64,000 bases of DNA from Planctomycetota bacterium. GTDB taxonomy: Bacteria; Planctomycetota; UBA1135. Shown piece by piece: positions 36,120-45,747 of this stretch (position 1 is its first letter; each line of letters starts with the position of its first letter). The stretch is from NCBI GenBank assembly GCA_049609225.1, contig JBMYYH010000002.1:3368-67367 (forward strand), in the 5' to 3' direction. Under the pieces are notes generated by a model, which made no database searches, had not been told where the DNA came from, and saw only the letters and a program-made list of their open reading frames with translations. Both the position numbers and the translations under genes were made by a program.

Positions 36120-37853
36120 ATGTTGTCCCATCTCCTCCTGCTCTCCTGCGCCTTCAGCACACCTCCAGTGGTTCAGGCCGCCCCCTCGCAGCAACCGGCA
36201 CAACAACCTGCGCAGCAGCCGTCGGCCCAATCCGAATTGCAGAGAGCAGGGCAGGCCATGCGCCAGGGCAACATGGATCAGGCGATTGGGATTCTCAAGC
36301 CGCTCACCGAAACGCAGCCGAACCAAGCCAACGCCTGGTATCTGCTCGGCTACTGCTATCACGCGAAAAAGGATTTCGCCAACGCCATTCCTGCACATAC
36401 GCGTGCCGCAACTTTCCCGGCGACGGCAGCCAATGCTAGTTACAACCTTGCTTGCGCGCATGCCTTGCAAGGGAATACCGAAGATGCCTTCACATGGTTG
36501 GGCAAGGCTAAGGCGGCCGGTTTTTCCAACTGGGGGTCGCTTTGGAGTGACCCGGATCTCACTAGCATTCAAAGCGATCCGCGTTTTCTAAACTTTGCGC
36601 CACCGCAGGCCAATTTTGAATCTCCCTTTGTAGAAGAGACGGAAATCCTGTTCGCATGGCATGGCGAAGGCACCAATGATCAATTCGGTTGGGTTGCTGC
36701 GGATGCTGGAGATATCGATGCCGATGGTGTACACGATGTCATCACCAGTGCGCCTTACCTCAAGGCTTCGAGCGCCGCGCCTGCCGCTGCGGGCCGCGTT
36801 TACCTTTATTCCGGTCGCACCGGTGAGGAGATTCGCCAGCACTCTGGAGCAGCTGGAGACTTACTCGGTCTTTCCGTTTCGGGAGTCGGCGACCTCAATG
36901 GTGATGGCCATGCCGATTATGCGGCAACCGCCACCCGCACCAATAACACCAAGCAAGCAGGCTCAGTGATGGTGTGGTCCGGCAAGGATGGATTGGTTCT
37001 GCTCGACATTCAAGGTGCCGCCCCGGGCGACGGCTTCGGCCGCGAAGTGGGGAGCATTTTTGATGTCGACGGCGATGGCATCCCAGATGTTCTTATTGGC
37101 AGTTATCAATGGGGCCAGGGCCGTGGCAAAGTCACGATTCACAGCGGTGCCGATGGCTCCCTCTTACAGGAGATTGCCGGGGAAAGCGCCACCGACGGTT
37201 TTGGATCCACGGTTTCTGCTGGTGGCGAAGGCAACCACCGTTTCCTCGTGGTCGGTGCGATGACCGCAGGCGCCAGCGGAACTGGTCAAGTGCAGGTTTA
37301 TCGTTACCACGAAGAGACCAAGTCTTTTCGCGGCGTGTTCCGCATGTCGGCAGAGAAAGGCAATGTCGCCTATGGGCAGTACTTCAGTTCGGTGATTGGC
37401 GACACCAACGCCGATGGCATCGACGATATTTACACCGTTGACTTTAGTGCCTCTTCCGGCGGCAACGGCAGTGGCCAAGTGCGCATTCATTCCGGTGCCG
37501 ATGGCAAACAACTGTGGCGTCGCGATGGCTTGGCAGGGGAGGGCCTCGGCATTGGCAATGCGATTGCCGGAGACATTAATGGCGATGGTCACGACGATGT
37601 CTTAACCGGTGCCTGGACCAACTCTGCAGCCGCTGCCTCCGGCGGGCGTTGTTATCTACTCAGCGGCAAGGATGGCAAGGTCCTGCGCATGTGGACCTGC
37701 AACATCGCTGGTGCCACGATGGGCTTCGATTCCACCTCTTTGCCTGACTGCAATGAAGATGGAGCGCGCGACCTTCTCTTCACCGCGGCATGGACTGGCG
37801 TGAAGGGCCCGAAAACAGGTTCGGTTTATCTGGTGTCTGGCAAGGCAGACTAG
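36120..37853 (+). CDS. Secreted TPR plus FG-GAP (integrin-alpha-like) repeat protein
   Basis: Signal peptide, QQPAQQPAQQP linker, TPR units (NAWYLLGYCYHAKKDF...). Repeated FG-GAP calcium-loop motifs DIDADGVHDV, DLNGDGHADY, DVDGDGIPDV, DTNADGIDDI and DINGDGHDDV. Confidence 0.75.
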   Translation: MLSHLLLLSCAFSTPPVVQAAPSQQPAQQPAQQPSAQSELQRAGQAMRQGNMDQAIGILKPLTETQPNQANAWYLLGYCYHAKKDFANAIPAHTRAATFPATAANASYNLACAHALQGNTEDAFTWLGKAKAAGFSNWGSLWSDPDLTSIQSDPRFLNFAPPQANFESPFVEETEILFAWHGEGTNDQFGWVAADAGDIDADGVHDVITSAPYLKASSAAPAAAGRVYLYSGRTGEEIRQHSGAAGDLLGLSVSGVGDLNGDGHADYAATATRTNNTKQAGSVMVWSGKDGLVLLDIQGAAPGDGFGREVGSIFDVDGDGIPDVLIGSYQWGQGRGKVTIHSGADGSLLQEIAGESATDGFGSTVSAGGEGNHRFLVVGAMTAGASGTGQVQVYRYHEETKSFRGVFRMSAEKGNVAYGQYFSSVIGDTNADGIDDIYTVDFSASSGGNGSGQVRIHSGADGKQLWRRDGLAGEGLGIGNAIAGDINGDGHDDVLTGAWTNSAAAASGGRCYLLSGKDGKVLRMWTCNIAGATMGFDSTSLPDCNEDGARDLLFTAAWTGVKGPKTGSVYLVSGKAD

Positions 37854-40465
37854 AAAGCTTTCTCCGAACGCTCGTCGGCGTGCTTGAGGATGCTCTTCGG
37901 AATCTCGACAGAGAAGACTTGCGGCGAGGTGCGATCCAGAATGTCGATGAGGTGATCCCCGCCTGGCAATGCCCAGCTCTGTGAGCCATTCCGAACCGAA
38001 CGGTCGAGGGTGAACTGCACCTTGTAGGTGCCTGGTGCATGCACCGTCCCTTTGAGAAGCTCGCGGCCGGAATCCGTTTGGCCATCATTGCGGCCATGGA
38101 ATGAGGCTTGCTCGCCGTCTTCGGTGAGCAACTGCATGCGACCGGAAACTGCGAATCCTTCGGGCAACATGGAACCATTGGTTAGCTGGAGGTGAATCGG
38201 AATGCCTTCTACCAGCGTGACGGTCGTCTCGGAGCTAACGTCCTTGAGTTCCTGGGGGCGATAACCATTGGCGGAAACGTAGATGTCCAGAGCGGTACCG
38301 GTGGTCAGAATCTGCACAGGGTTCTCTTCACTGGAGCGCCCCCAAGATTGATCGATTTGGCGCACGGTCGGGTGGCTGACGAGGTTGCCAAGGCTATCTA
38401 CGACACGAATGTTGAAGGCGGTGAGGCGGCCGCGGAGATCAATATCGCCGAGGTCATGCAGCGTGCCATTGGCCGAGCTGAGTTGTATGGCATCCAGTGA
38501 GAAGAGTTCTTCATTGGAGCGAGTGGAGATCAATGCAATGCGTGCAGACCCCTCTCGGCGATGCTCAAAGGAGAACTTTCCGGTGCTACCGAGTTCTGTT
38601 CTGTTCGATTCTTCCGTATCTGGATCGTCCTTACTCGCCTGCCAAATCGTGACCTTGAGTTGCTTTGGATCAATGCCCTCATCGAAAAGGAAACGCCCTT
38701 CGAGTTTCACGGCTTGCTTCAAACTCAACTGCACGCCTGTTGCACCAAGGGAGATTTCCTTTTCAGACTGCAAGTACTCGTCGTGGCGGGCGGCAACACG
38801 ATAGACCGCATCCTTGACATGACCGCGAATTTCAAAGGTGCCATCCTTGGCGGTTTCTTCGCGCAGGTCCCAATGCCCATTCCACCACTTATGCTCTTTG
38901 TTCTCGCCATAGTAGGTGGCTTCTTCAAGAATGACCTTGGCCTTGGCTAATGGCTGCCCCTGAGGATCAAACACCATGCCTTCGGCCAGCAATGGCGGCA
39001 CGATGACCACCAAATCGCCGAGATCATGCACACCAGGATCGTAATTGCGGCTGAGATCCACCATCACCGAACGTTTCGGCTTCCGCTTTGTCTTGCGCAT
39101 CGTGACGGTGAGTTCGCGCGTGCCACCATCCTCAAACTTTTCCTCAAGGACCATGCGGAAGCGACCTTCCTCATCGGTATGGATGCTTGCATTGTGGCTC
39201 GAAGTGCTGCCGCCATTCTTCACCATCAGCCGGCTCTTCAGTGTCAAGTTAGCCCCAGCCATGCCCTCCTCATTGAGAATGCGGCCAATCACGATGGGGC
39301 GATCAATCGCCGGTGCCACGGAAAGGCTGACACGTTCTCCGATCTTGCTTGGGCCGAAGTCGTCCACATGCGCGCGTTGTTCCTGATCGCGTGAGACTGC
39401 AGTAGCGCGAAGCTTGGTACCGGGCTGTACCAAGGGGAACATGGCGACACCTTGGTTGGTCGAGCCGGTGATATGTGGATGCGGATCCATCCAATAGTTG
39501 AGCGGCTCCTCAAAGTCCTGTTGGAATTCTTCATCTTTGAGGATGGCAAGGTCGACCACATAGGAATCCGTGACGAGGTTTCCGGTTTCGTCGTAGACCT
39601 TGACCTCGACTTGCCCAACCTGCGGCATGATGAGCACTGGAGCTTCCTCCGGCATCTCCTTAAGGTCCACCGGGTGTTGAATCGGATCGTCGGTAAGGGC
39701 GAGAAGCGCCACAAACATTTCATCGTCGCCAAGTTCGACCTTCAGCAGATCAAAGATCTTGAGGTTGGCAAGGCCTTCCGCGTTGGTGTAGGCCTGAATG
39801 AGGTCTTGGGTAAAGCCGCTATTGGCCATGCGCAAGGCAACCGGCGCACCTTTCACGGGGAGTCCACGTTCATCCACCACCTTGACCGGCAGCAACTCCA
39901 CAGGGTTGAGGCGCAGGAAAACCTCATCCTCATCTGTATCGACGTCGAAGGCGAAGTTGAAGTGGGTGGGGGTGCGTCCGGCGATGAGTAGATCATCAAG
40001 CGGATGCGGGATGACGACTTGCCCGTTCTTGTCGGTGCGATAGGTCACACCGAGTTTGAGGAACAAATGTTCAAAGTCTGGTCGACTTTGGATCTCGACC
40101 TCGAGTAACTTCATATTGGTCATGCCGGTGTCGATCACCATGACGTCGGCCAAAGGCAAGGGTTCGCTGGTGGTGCCGTCGACGACCGAAATCAGAATGC
40201 CTTCTTCTACAGCCTTGGCGTATTGCACTTGCGGGCCGGATTTCGGCAAGACCAACTCCGTACGCTCGACAGTTCCGGTGGTATGGTCCGCCTGCGTGCG
40301 ATCGATAGAAGGAGCAATCTCAGGCGCCGCATCGATGGTCTCCTCGACTTGCGGCGGCTGGACCGGGTCGACGGTTTCAGGAGTATCGGCCGGAGGCTGC
40401 AGGAACAAGAATAGTCCGACACCAAGCAGCAGGACGACAGCGAATGGAAGCCAAATGCGGGGCAT
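37850..40465 (-). CDS. Membrane-anchored protein with multiple beta-sandwich repeats, MxRIW family, 871 aa
   Basis: N-terminus MPRIWLPFAVVLLLGVGLFLF. Carboxypeptidase-regulatory-like repeat motifs (VKVVDERGLPVKGAPVAL, AEGMVFDPQGQPLAKAKVIL). Paralogous to 40475-42409, 52449-53699 and 53719-54963. Confidence 0.65.
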   Translation of the reverse strand: MPRIWLPFAVVLLLGVGLFLFLQPPADTPETVDPVQPPQVEETIDAAPEIAPSIDRTQADHTTGTVERTELVLPKSGPQVQYAKAVEEGILISVVDGTTSEPLPLADVMVIDTGMTNMKLLEVEIQSRPDFEHLFLKLGVTYRTDKNGQVVIPHPLDDLLIAGRTPTHFNFAFDVDTDEDEVFLRLNPVELLPVKVVDERGLPVKGAPVALRMANSGFTQDLIQAYTNAEGLANLKIFDLLKVELGDDEMFVALLALTDDPIQHPVDLKEMPEEAPVLIMPQVGQVEVKVYDETGNLVTDSYVVDLAILKDEEFQQDFEEPLNYWMDPHPHITGSTNQGVAMFPLVQPGTKLRATAVSRDQEQRAHVDDFGPSKIGERVSLSVAPAIDRPIVIGRILNEEGMAGANLTLKSRLMVKNGGSTSSHNASIHTDEEGRFRMVLEEKFEDGGTRELTVTMRKTKRKPKRSVMVDLSRNYDPGVHDLGDLVVIVPPLLAEGMVFDPQGQPLAKAKVILEEATYYGENKEHKWWNGHWDLREETAKDGTFEIRGHVKDAVYRVAARHDEYLQSEKEISLGATGVQLSLKQAVKLEGRFLFDEGIDPKQLKVTIWQASKDDPDTEESNRTELGSTGKFSFEHRREGSARIALISTRSNEELFSLDAIQLSSANGTLHDLGDIDLRGRLTAFNIRVVDSLGNLVSHPTVRQIDQSWGRSSEENPVQILTTGTALDIYVSANGYRPQELKDVSSETTVTLVEGIPIHLQLTNGSMLPEGFAVSGRMQLLTEDGEQASFHGRNDGQTDSGRELLKGTVHAPGTYKVQFTLDRSVRNGSQSWALPGGDHLIDILDRTSPQVFSVEIPKSILKHADERSEKAF

Positions 40466-40474
40466 CCTGCGAGT

Positions 40475-42409
40475 CTAACCGCCGGATGTCGATTCGGCGC
40501 GGTGGAGGGCGTCGCGCCAGTCATCGGCGGTGATAGGCACCGCAAAAGACTTGGGATCATCTGGATCGATATGGATGGGAATGCTGGAGGACCCGTTGGC
40601 GAAAACGGGAAAAGGACCACCAAGGCCTGGAACTTTCAACAGGGGATTGAGGAAAAGGTGTACGGAATAGGTTCCAGCTTCTGGAATACGAACTCCTCCA
40701 ATGCGAAGGACATCCACGATGGGATAGACCTGGCCAGAAGGATCTCCGGAGCGGGTCAAATATCCCCTGGGCATGAGGTCCTTGAAACGTCGTTCCTCCT
40801 CCACTGTTTGGAAATTCGGCAGGCCGAGGTTCAGGGGCACTGGAATGCCCTCTTCGAATTCCACGATTTGATCTTCCGCAAGATCATCGAGAAGGATGGC
40901 GACGTGTCCAGGAGTATGCGCGAGGAAAGTTTTGGTCGAGCCAGGCATGACGACGCTGCCTTCATACTGGAACTTTCCACGGAGCTCCATGCCTTTTGTT
41001 TCGTAGATCTGCGCCGAACGGACTGGATTGCCCGCGGCCGTGACGAAACGAAGATGAATGGAACGAATCTTTGCTTGGATGTCGAGTAAGCCCCAGTCCT
41101 GCACGGTGGTTGCTGGGCTCTCGCGGTCGAAGAAGAAGGTCGCAAGAATGGTCCTCGTCGCTTTGTCTACGATGTCCACGCGATAACTCTCTCCACTCAG
41201 ACCACGAATGCGGAAGAGTCCACCGGGAGTAGTTTCCACGAAGGTGCGTTTGCGTGGGAGATCCCTGGCACTAATGCCGACCTGGATCAAGCTTGCATCA
41301 AGGCCTTCCGGCAGGAAGACTCTTCCTTCTGCAGACCAGGTGGAGCCGAGGACAACCGGTGTTTCCAATCCCTCCGGCGCGACGGACACGCTGGTTTTTT
41401 TGAACTGATCTTTCTGCGCCAGGACAAAACGGAATCGTTCCTCTGCCGGCGCATATAGTTGGTAGCGTCCATTTCGATCGGACTTGGTGTAGAACTTACT
41501 TTGGAAGGCCTCCGGAGAATTGCCATCGACGCTAGGCCAAACGACAGCGCCCGCTACCGGTTTCCCGGAACTCTCCGTGACCAATCCTTGGGCCAAGAGT
41601 GGCATCGGAACAGCAACCAAATCGCCAAACTCGCGTACTTCAGGCTGAAAGGGAGGATCCAGTGGGATGGAAAAGCTAAGCCCACGTTGGCCTGGACTGG
41701 TCTTTGAATACAGCTTGATCGTCATCGGATCCTTCTTGTCCGCCGGAGCGGGCAACCAGAGATGCCCATCCTTGTCCGTTTCGGCGGCTACCGTGGTTGA
41801 TTCGTTTAGCGGGCCACCATCTTGATGGATCCTTGTGATGCAGTGAAAGGATTTCAGAGGGATTGGTTTTCCCGCTTGGTCCACCACCCTGCACTTGGCG
41901 ACGAAATCCTTAGTGAGCATGGTGACGTTTAGAACCGTGGGAGTGCTGGCATCCATGGGGGAGTGGCCGATGGCTTCCGCCCTGGGACTGACACCTTGCG
42001 AAATTGCATGGACCTCGAACTTTTGATTGAAACCAACTTCCGGGAAGACGCCATAGCCGCCAACGGCATCCACCCTAAAGAAGATTTCCTCGTCGTTATG
42101 CACTGGCTGTAGCTTCGTGAGGTGGACGGTGGTGGGGCGCCCCCAAGCTACACCTGGCACAGCCTCCAACTTGACGATGACCATGCCTTTCGTCATATCA
42201 AGCTCTGGTGTTTCTATCTCACCCTTCAGAGCCGTGCGTTCCACCTCGGTAAATTCCGTCGGCATGGAAGGGGTTGGTTCCTCTATTGCCACGGAGGAAG
42301 CTTCCTCAACCTGATCCAACCAGGGAGTTTCATCCTCGCCATCAGCCAGCAGCATGATGAAGCCTAGGCCAAATAGGATCGCCCCAAGGATCAACGCGAT
42401 ACGAGACAT
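40475..42409 (-). CDS. Membrane-anchored protein with multiple beta-sandwich repeats, MxRIW family, 644 aa
   Basis: N-terminus MSRIALILGAILFGLGFIML. FGDLVAVPMPLLAQGLVTESSGKPVAGAVVWPS aligns with LGDLVVIVPPLLAEGMVFDPQGQPLAKAKVILE of the 871-aa neighbour, 9 nt downstream. Confidence 0.65.
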   Translation of the reverse strand: MSRIALILGAILFGLGFIMLLADGEDETPWLDQVEEASSVAIEEPTPSMPTEFTEVERTALKGEIETPELDMTKGMVIVKLEAVPGVAWGRPTTVHLTKLQPVHNDEEIFFRVDAVGGYGVFPEVGFNQKFEVHAISQGVSPRAEAIGHSPMDASTPTVLNVTMLTKDFVAKCRVVDQAGKPIPLKSFHCITRIHQDGGPLNESTTVAAETDKDGHLWLPAPADKKDPMTIKLYSKTSPGQRGLSFSIPLDPPFQPEVREFGDLVAVPMPLLAQGLVTESSGKPVAGAVVWPSVDGNSPEAFQSKFYTKSDRNGRYQLYAPAEERFRFVLAQKDQFKKTSVSVAPEGLETPVVLGSTWSAEGRVFLPEGLDASLIQVGISARDLPRKRTFVETTPGGLFRIRGLSGESYRVDIVDKATRTILATFFFDRESPATTVQDWGLLDIQAKIRSIHLRFVTAAGNPVRSAQIYETKGMELRGKFQYEGSVVMPGSTKTFLAHTPGHVAILLDDLAEDQIVEFEEGIPVPLNLGLPNFQTVEEERRFKDLMPRGYLTRSGDPSGQVYPIVDVLRIGGVRIPEAGTYSVHLFLNPLLKVPGLGGPFPVFANGSSSIPIHIDPDDPKSFAVPITADDWRDALHRAESTSGG

Positions 42410-42425
42410 GATGCGATTCTAGCGC

Positions 42426-42573
42426 CTAACGCTCAAGTACGATGACTTGGTCTTCTGTGGGATTGGAGACGGTTTGCATATCCGTGGTCTGCTTACTCAC
42501 GACAAGGTCCGGTGCATCAAATCCCCGCACTTGCGATGAGCAGAATCAACCAGGGCAACCAAATACGGGGCAT
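42426..42573 (-). pseudogene. 5-prime remnant (or 18-codon leader ORF) of an MxRIW-family gene
   Basis: ATG at 42573 gives MPRIWLPWLILLIASAGI-stop (42517-42573). The first 7 residues are identical to the 871-aa protein, and 15 of the first 16 nt match. A one-base frame change would extend it only to the TAG at 42426-42428. Confidence 0.3.
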
Positions 42574-42626
42574 GCGCTTAGTTTAGCTAGACTCGGGAAG
42601 GTCGTTACAACCCGCGGCCGCACCTC

Positions 42627-43385
42627 ATGTCCACCCCACGCCTCACGGACATCCTGCCCGATCTCCAGACCTTTGCTGCACAGCGGCTTGGTCCGGCTTC
42701 GTTGGAAGTGGTGGGCGATCCAGCGACGCAGGCACGGTTATTGGGTCGTCTGCGCACCGGCGCGGCAGCGGAAGACGCCCTGCTCGCACTCATCCATCGT
42801 CTCGCCGCCGACCATGCCGAACTTGCCGCCGAGTTCGTGCAGTTCTTTTTCGAAGACTTACATCGTCTCGGCCACGGACGTGTGCGCATCGGCCTACGTC
42901 GCTTTATTGAAACGGGTGATCTCGTGCAATCGGTCGTGGGCGATCTATGGCCGCAGATGTTCGACCTCGAGTTCCGCACACGCGACGCTTTCCTTGCACT
43001 GCTCGCTGCCCGCGTGCGATGGAAAGCCAATGATCGCGCTCGGTCCTTCGATGCGGGACGTCGTCGTGAGGACCGACGCCGGGATATTCCCCATGCAAAA
43101 TGCTCTTCCGCATCTGCCGAAGACACCGTTTGGGAGCCGGAAGATCCCGGTGCTGGCCCTGCAACGGAACTGGTTTCGCGAGAAGAATACGAAGCCATGG
43201 TTCTTGCCTTGCAGCGTCTTCCCGAACGCGCACGCAGGTTGTTGCGGGCGCATCTTGCTGGTGAAGATTGGGCAACCATTGCCGCACGCGAAGACTTGCA
43301 GCCGGAGTCTGCGCGGAAAGCAGTGCAACGCGCGCTTGCCGCTGCCCGCGATTGGTGGCGTCGCCATCAGGAGGACACGGCATGA
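42627..43385 (+). CDS. ECF-type RNA polymerase sigma factor of the Ser/Thr-kinase-associated kind
   Basis: Sigma-2-like GDLVQSVVGDLWPQMFDLEFRTRDAFLALLAARVRWKANDRAR. Sigma-4 HTH LPERARRLLRAHLAGEDWATIAAREDLQPESARKAVQRAL. Its stop overlaps the kinase ATG (ATGA at 43382-43385). Confidence 0.7.
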   Translation: MSTPRLTDILPDLQTFAAQRLGPASLEVVGDPATQARLLGRLRTGAAAEDALLALIHRLAADHAELAAEFVQFFFEDLHRLGHGRVRIGLRRFIETGDLVQSVVGDLWPQMFDLEFRTRDAFLALLAARVRWKANDRARSFDAGRRREDRRRDIPHAKCSSASAEDTVWEPEDPGAGPATELVSREEYEAMVLALQRLPERARRLLRAHLAGEDWATIAAREDLQPESARKAVQRALAAARDWWRRHQEDTA

Positions 43386-45706
43386 ATGCATCTCCTGATT
43401 ACCAAGCGCGTGCGGAAGCCTTGTTCCAGGAGTTTCTGGATCAAGAAGCCCAGGGGAGCGATGCTGAGACTTTCCTCGCCCTGCAAAAAACCGCCGCGAG
43501 TGTTCCGGCGGAAGTCTTCGCCTTGCTCGAAACCATCCTCGAGGATTATCACGCCTTGCGAGAAGGCCGAGCGAGCACCAGTGACAGCCGTCCCATCACC
43601 GGACCGCAAGCTGGGGAACATCTCGACGACTATGAACTCCTAAAACCCCTTGGCCGCGGCGGCATGGGCATCGTTTGGGAAGCGCGGCAACGTTCGCTCG
43701 ACCGTCGCGTGGCCGTCAAGGTCCTGCATGCGCACCTGGGCATCTCCGGACGCTTCCTCGAACGCTTCCAACGCGAAGCTCAAGCCGGCGGACGTCTGCA
43801 GCACAGCGGCATCGTTGCCGTGCATGGCGTGGGAGAATCGGAGGGAACGCACTTCATCGTGCAGGAACTCATCGCCGACGGCATCAGTCTCGAAACTTGG
43901 TTGCAGGAGCAAGCTCAGCGTCAGGATTTGCCGCGGCGTGATTATCGTCAACTGGCGCAATGGACTCTGGAGATTGCCGAAGCACTTGCCGCCGCGCATG
44001 AAGCAGGGGTGATCCACCGGGACTTGAAGCCTGGCAACATCTTGCTGCAAGATGGCCATCCCAAGCTCGCAGACTTCGGACTCGCCTCGCTCAGTGAAGA
44101 GGCTTCCATTTCCTTGACCGGCGAAGTCTTGGGCACACCTTATGCCATGAGCCCGGAGCAAACCCGCCCTGGTGGGGAAGTCGGACCACTCAGTGACCTC
44201 TTTAGCCTCGGCGTCACCCTCTATCGCCTGCTCACTTTCACCCAACCCTTCCAAGGCGATACTCGCGAGCAAGTTCTAGAAGCGATTCGTCATCACGAGC
44301 CCATCGACCCTCGACGTCTGCGCAACCGCATTCCAAAGGAGCTCGCCATTCTTTGTTTGAAGTTGCTCGAGAAACATCCGGAACACCGGTATGCCCATGC
44401 CGAAGCGGTGGCGGAAGATTTACGTCGTTTTCTCGACGGACGCCCCATTCTTGCACGCCCTCCCAATGCTCTTGCGCGTAGTTGGAAATGGATCCGCCGC
44501 AATCCGACGCCGTCCGCGGCTTTCGGAGTCGCGGTTGCAGCCCTCGCCATCATTTCGTGGTTCTTCCTCGACGCCCAGCAGGCACGCGAAGATGCCGAAA
44601 ACGCACTCGGCCTTGCGGAAGATCGCCAGAAGGTGGCGGATGCGATTGAAGGCTTCCTCATTGGCCTATTCGCCGACGCCGGCCCTGGCGGTGGGGCAAA
44701 TGCAGACACCCCAGCCGGAGTTTTGCTGCAACGAGGCAGTGACCGTCTCCAGCAAGATGAATCCCAGGATCCTATGGTGCGTGCTGGATTGTTGATGGCC
44801 TTGGGCCAAGTGAATAAAACCCTCGCCAACCATGATTTGGCGGAAGAGCAGTTGCGGGAAGCGCTCGCATTGCATGAGAAGCATCTCTTGCAGCTCGATC
44901 AACGCACTTTGAAGGCGCGCAATCAACTTGGCTTACTGTTATTGCAGCGTGCTCGTTTTGCTGAAGCCGAGGAAATGTTGGCTTTCGCGCAGGAAGGCCA
45001 TGATGCGCTGTACGGCCCCAATTCTGCAGAGGCTCTCGAAAATCAGGGCAATCTCGCTTATGCCTACATTATGCAGGGAGACCTCGACCGCGCCGCACCG
45101 GCACTGGAGGCCTCCCTACGCGGAACCACTCTGCGCTGGGGCGAAGATCACTTTCATGCTTGGTCAGCGCGCAACAACTTGGCTTCTTTGCAGATGCGTC
45201 GTGGGGATTATGAAGCGGCGGAACCGATCTTTGAATCCGTGGTCGCGCATCGCATGACAACTTTGGGTGCCCACGAACCTGCAACTTTAAGCGCCTTAAG
45301 TAACTTGGCGCAGACGGAGCAAGAGTTGCATCAATGGGAAGATGCGGAACAACATCTGCAGTTACTGCTCGAGGGTTGTCTGCTGACTTTTGGCGAGGAG
45401 CATCCGACCACAGCCTCGGCGCAACGAGATTACGGAGCCTTGTGCTTGAAACGAGATCGGCCACGGGAGGCCTTGGAGCTATATCGCGCTTCCGAACGCA
45501 CGGCTCGCGCGAAGTTGCGCGTTGGACATCCATCGATTCTGAAAGCAGCCGAAGGACACATCCGTAGTTTGCTGGCTTTGAATCGCGCAGAAGAAGCCTT
45601 GCCGTTGGCGCAACAGTTGGTTCAGGATGCGGAGGAAACGGGCAGTCGAGAGAAGCGTTGCCGTGCCTTGCTGAAGGAAGTCGAAGATTTGTTGTCCCAG
45701 TCTTGA
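43382..45706 (+). CDS. Receptor-type Ser/Thr protein kinase (kinase domain, one TM, TPR region)
   Basis: LGRGGMGIVWEA, VAVKVL, HRDLKPGNILL, ADFGLA and GTPYAMSPEQ are all canonical. TM FGVAVAALAIISWFFL. TPR-like repeats in the C-terminal half. Start at MNASPDYQ. Confidence 0.85.
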   Translation: MNASPDYQARAEALFQEFLDQEAQGSDAETFLALQKTAASVPAEVFALLETILEDYHALREGRASTSDSRPITGPQAGEHLDDYELLKPLGRGGMGIVWEARQRSLDRRVAVKVLHAHLGISGRFLERFQREAQAGGRLQHSGIVAVHGVGESEGTHFIVQELIADGISLETWLQEQAQRQDLPRRDYRQLAQWTLEIAEALAAAHEAGVIHRDLKPGNILLQDGHPKLADFGLASLSEEASISLTGEVLGTPYAMSPEQTRPGGEVGPLSDLFSLGVTLYRLLTFTQPFQGDTREQVLEAIRHHEPIDPRRLRNRIPKELAILCLKLLEKHPEHRYAHAEAVAEDLRRFLDGRPILARPPNALARSWKWIRRNPTPSAAFGVAVAALAIISWFFLDAQQAREDAENALGLAEDRQKVADAIEGFLIGLFADAGPGGGANADTPAGVLLQRGSDRLQQDESQDPMVRAGLLMALGQVNKTLANHDLAEEQLREALALHEKHLLQLDQRTLKARNQLGLLLLQRARFAEAEEMLAFAQEGHDALYGPNSAEALENQGNLAYAYIMQGDLDRAAPALEASLRGTTLRWGEDHFHAWSARNNLASLQMRRGDYEAAEPIFESVVAHRMTTLGAHEPATLSALSNLAQTEQELHQWEDAEQHLQLLLEGCLLTFGEEHPTTASAQRDYGALCLKRDRPREALELYRASERTARAKLRVGHPSILKAAEGHIRSLLALNRAEEALPLAQQLVQDAEETGSREKRCRALLKEVEDLLSQS

Positions 45707-45747
45707 GGAAAGCACTCTGCCAAGGGGAGCCCCAACCCCAAAGCATC

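Noticed and set aside
36166-36230. Nucleotide repeat encoding QQPAQQPAQQP
   Set aside because: It is an in-frame low-complexity linker after the signal peptide of the TPR/FG-GAP protein, not an independent repeat element.
42442-43398. 318-aa plus-strand ORF and 224-aa minus-strand ORF (42605-43279) overlapping the sigma-factor gene
   Set aside because: Only the 42627-43385 frame shows sigma-2/sigma-4 motifs and the ATGA junction with the kinase. The other two have Arg/Ser/Pro/Cys-rich shadow composition.
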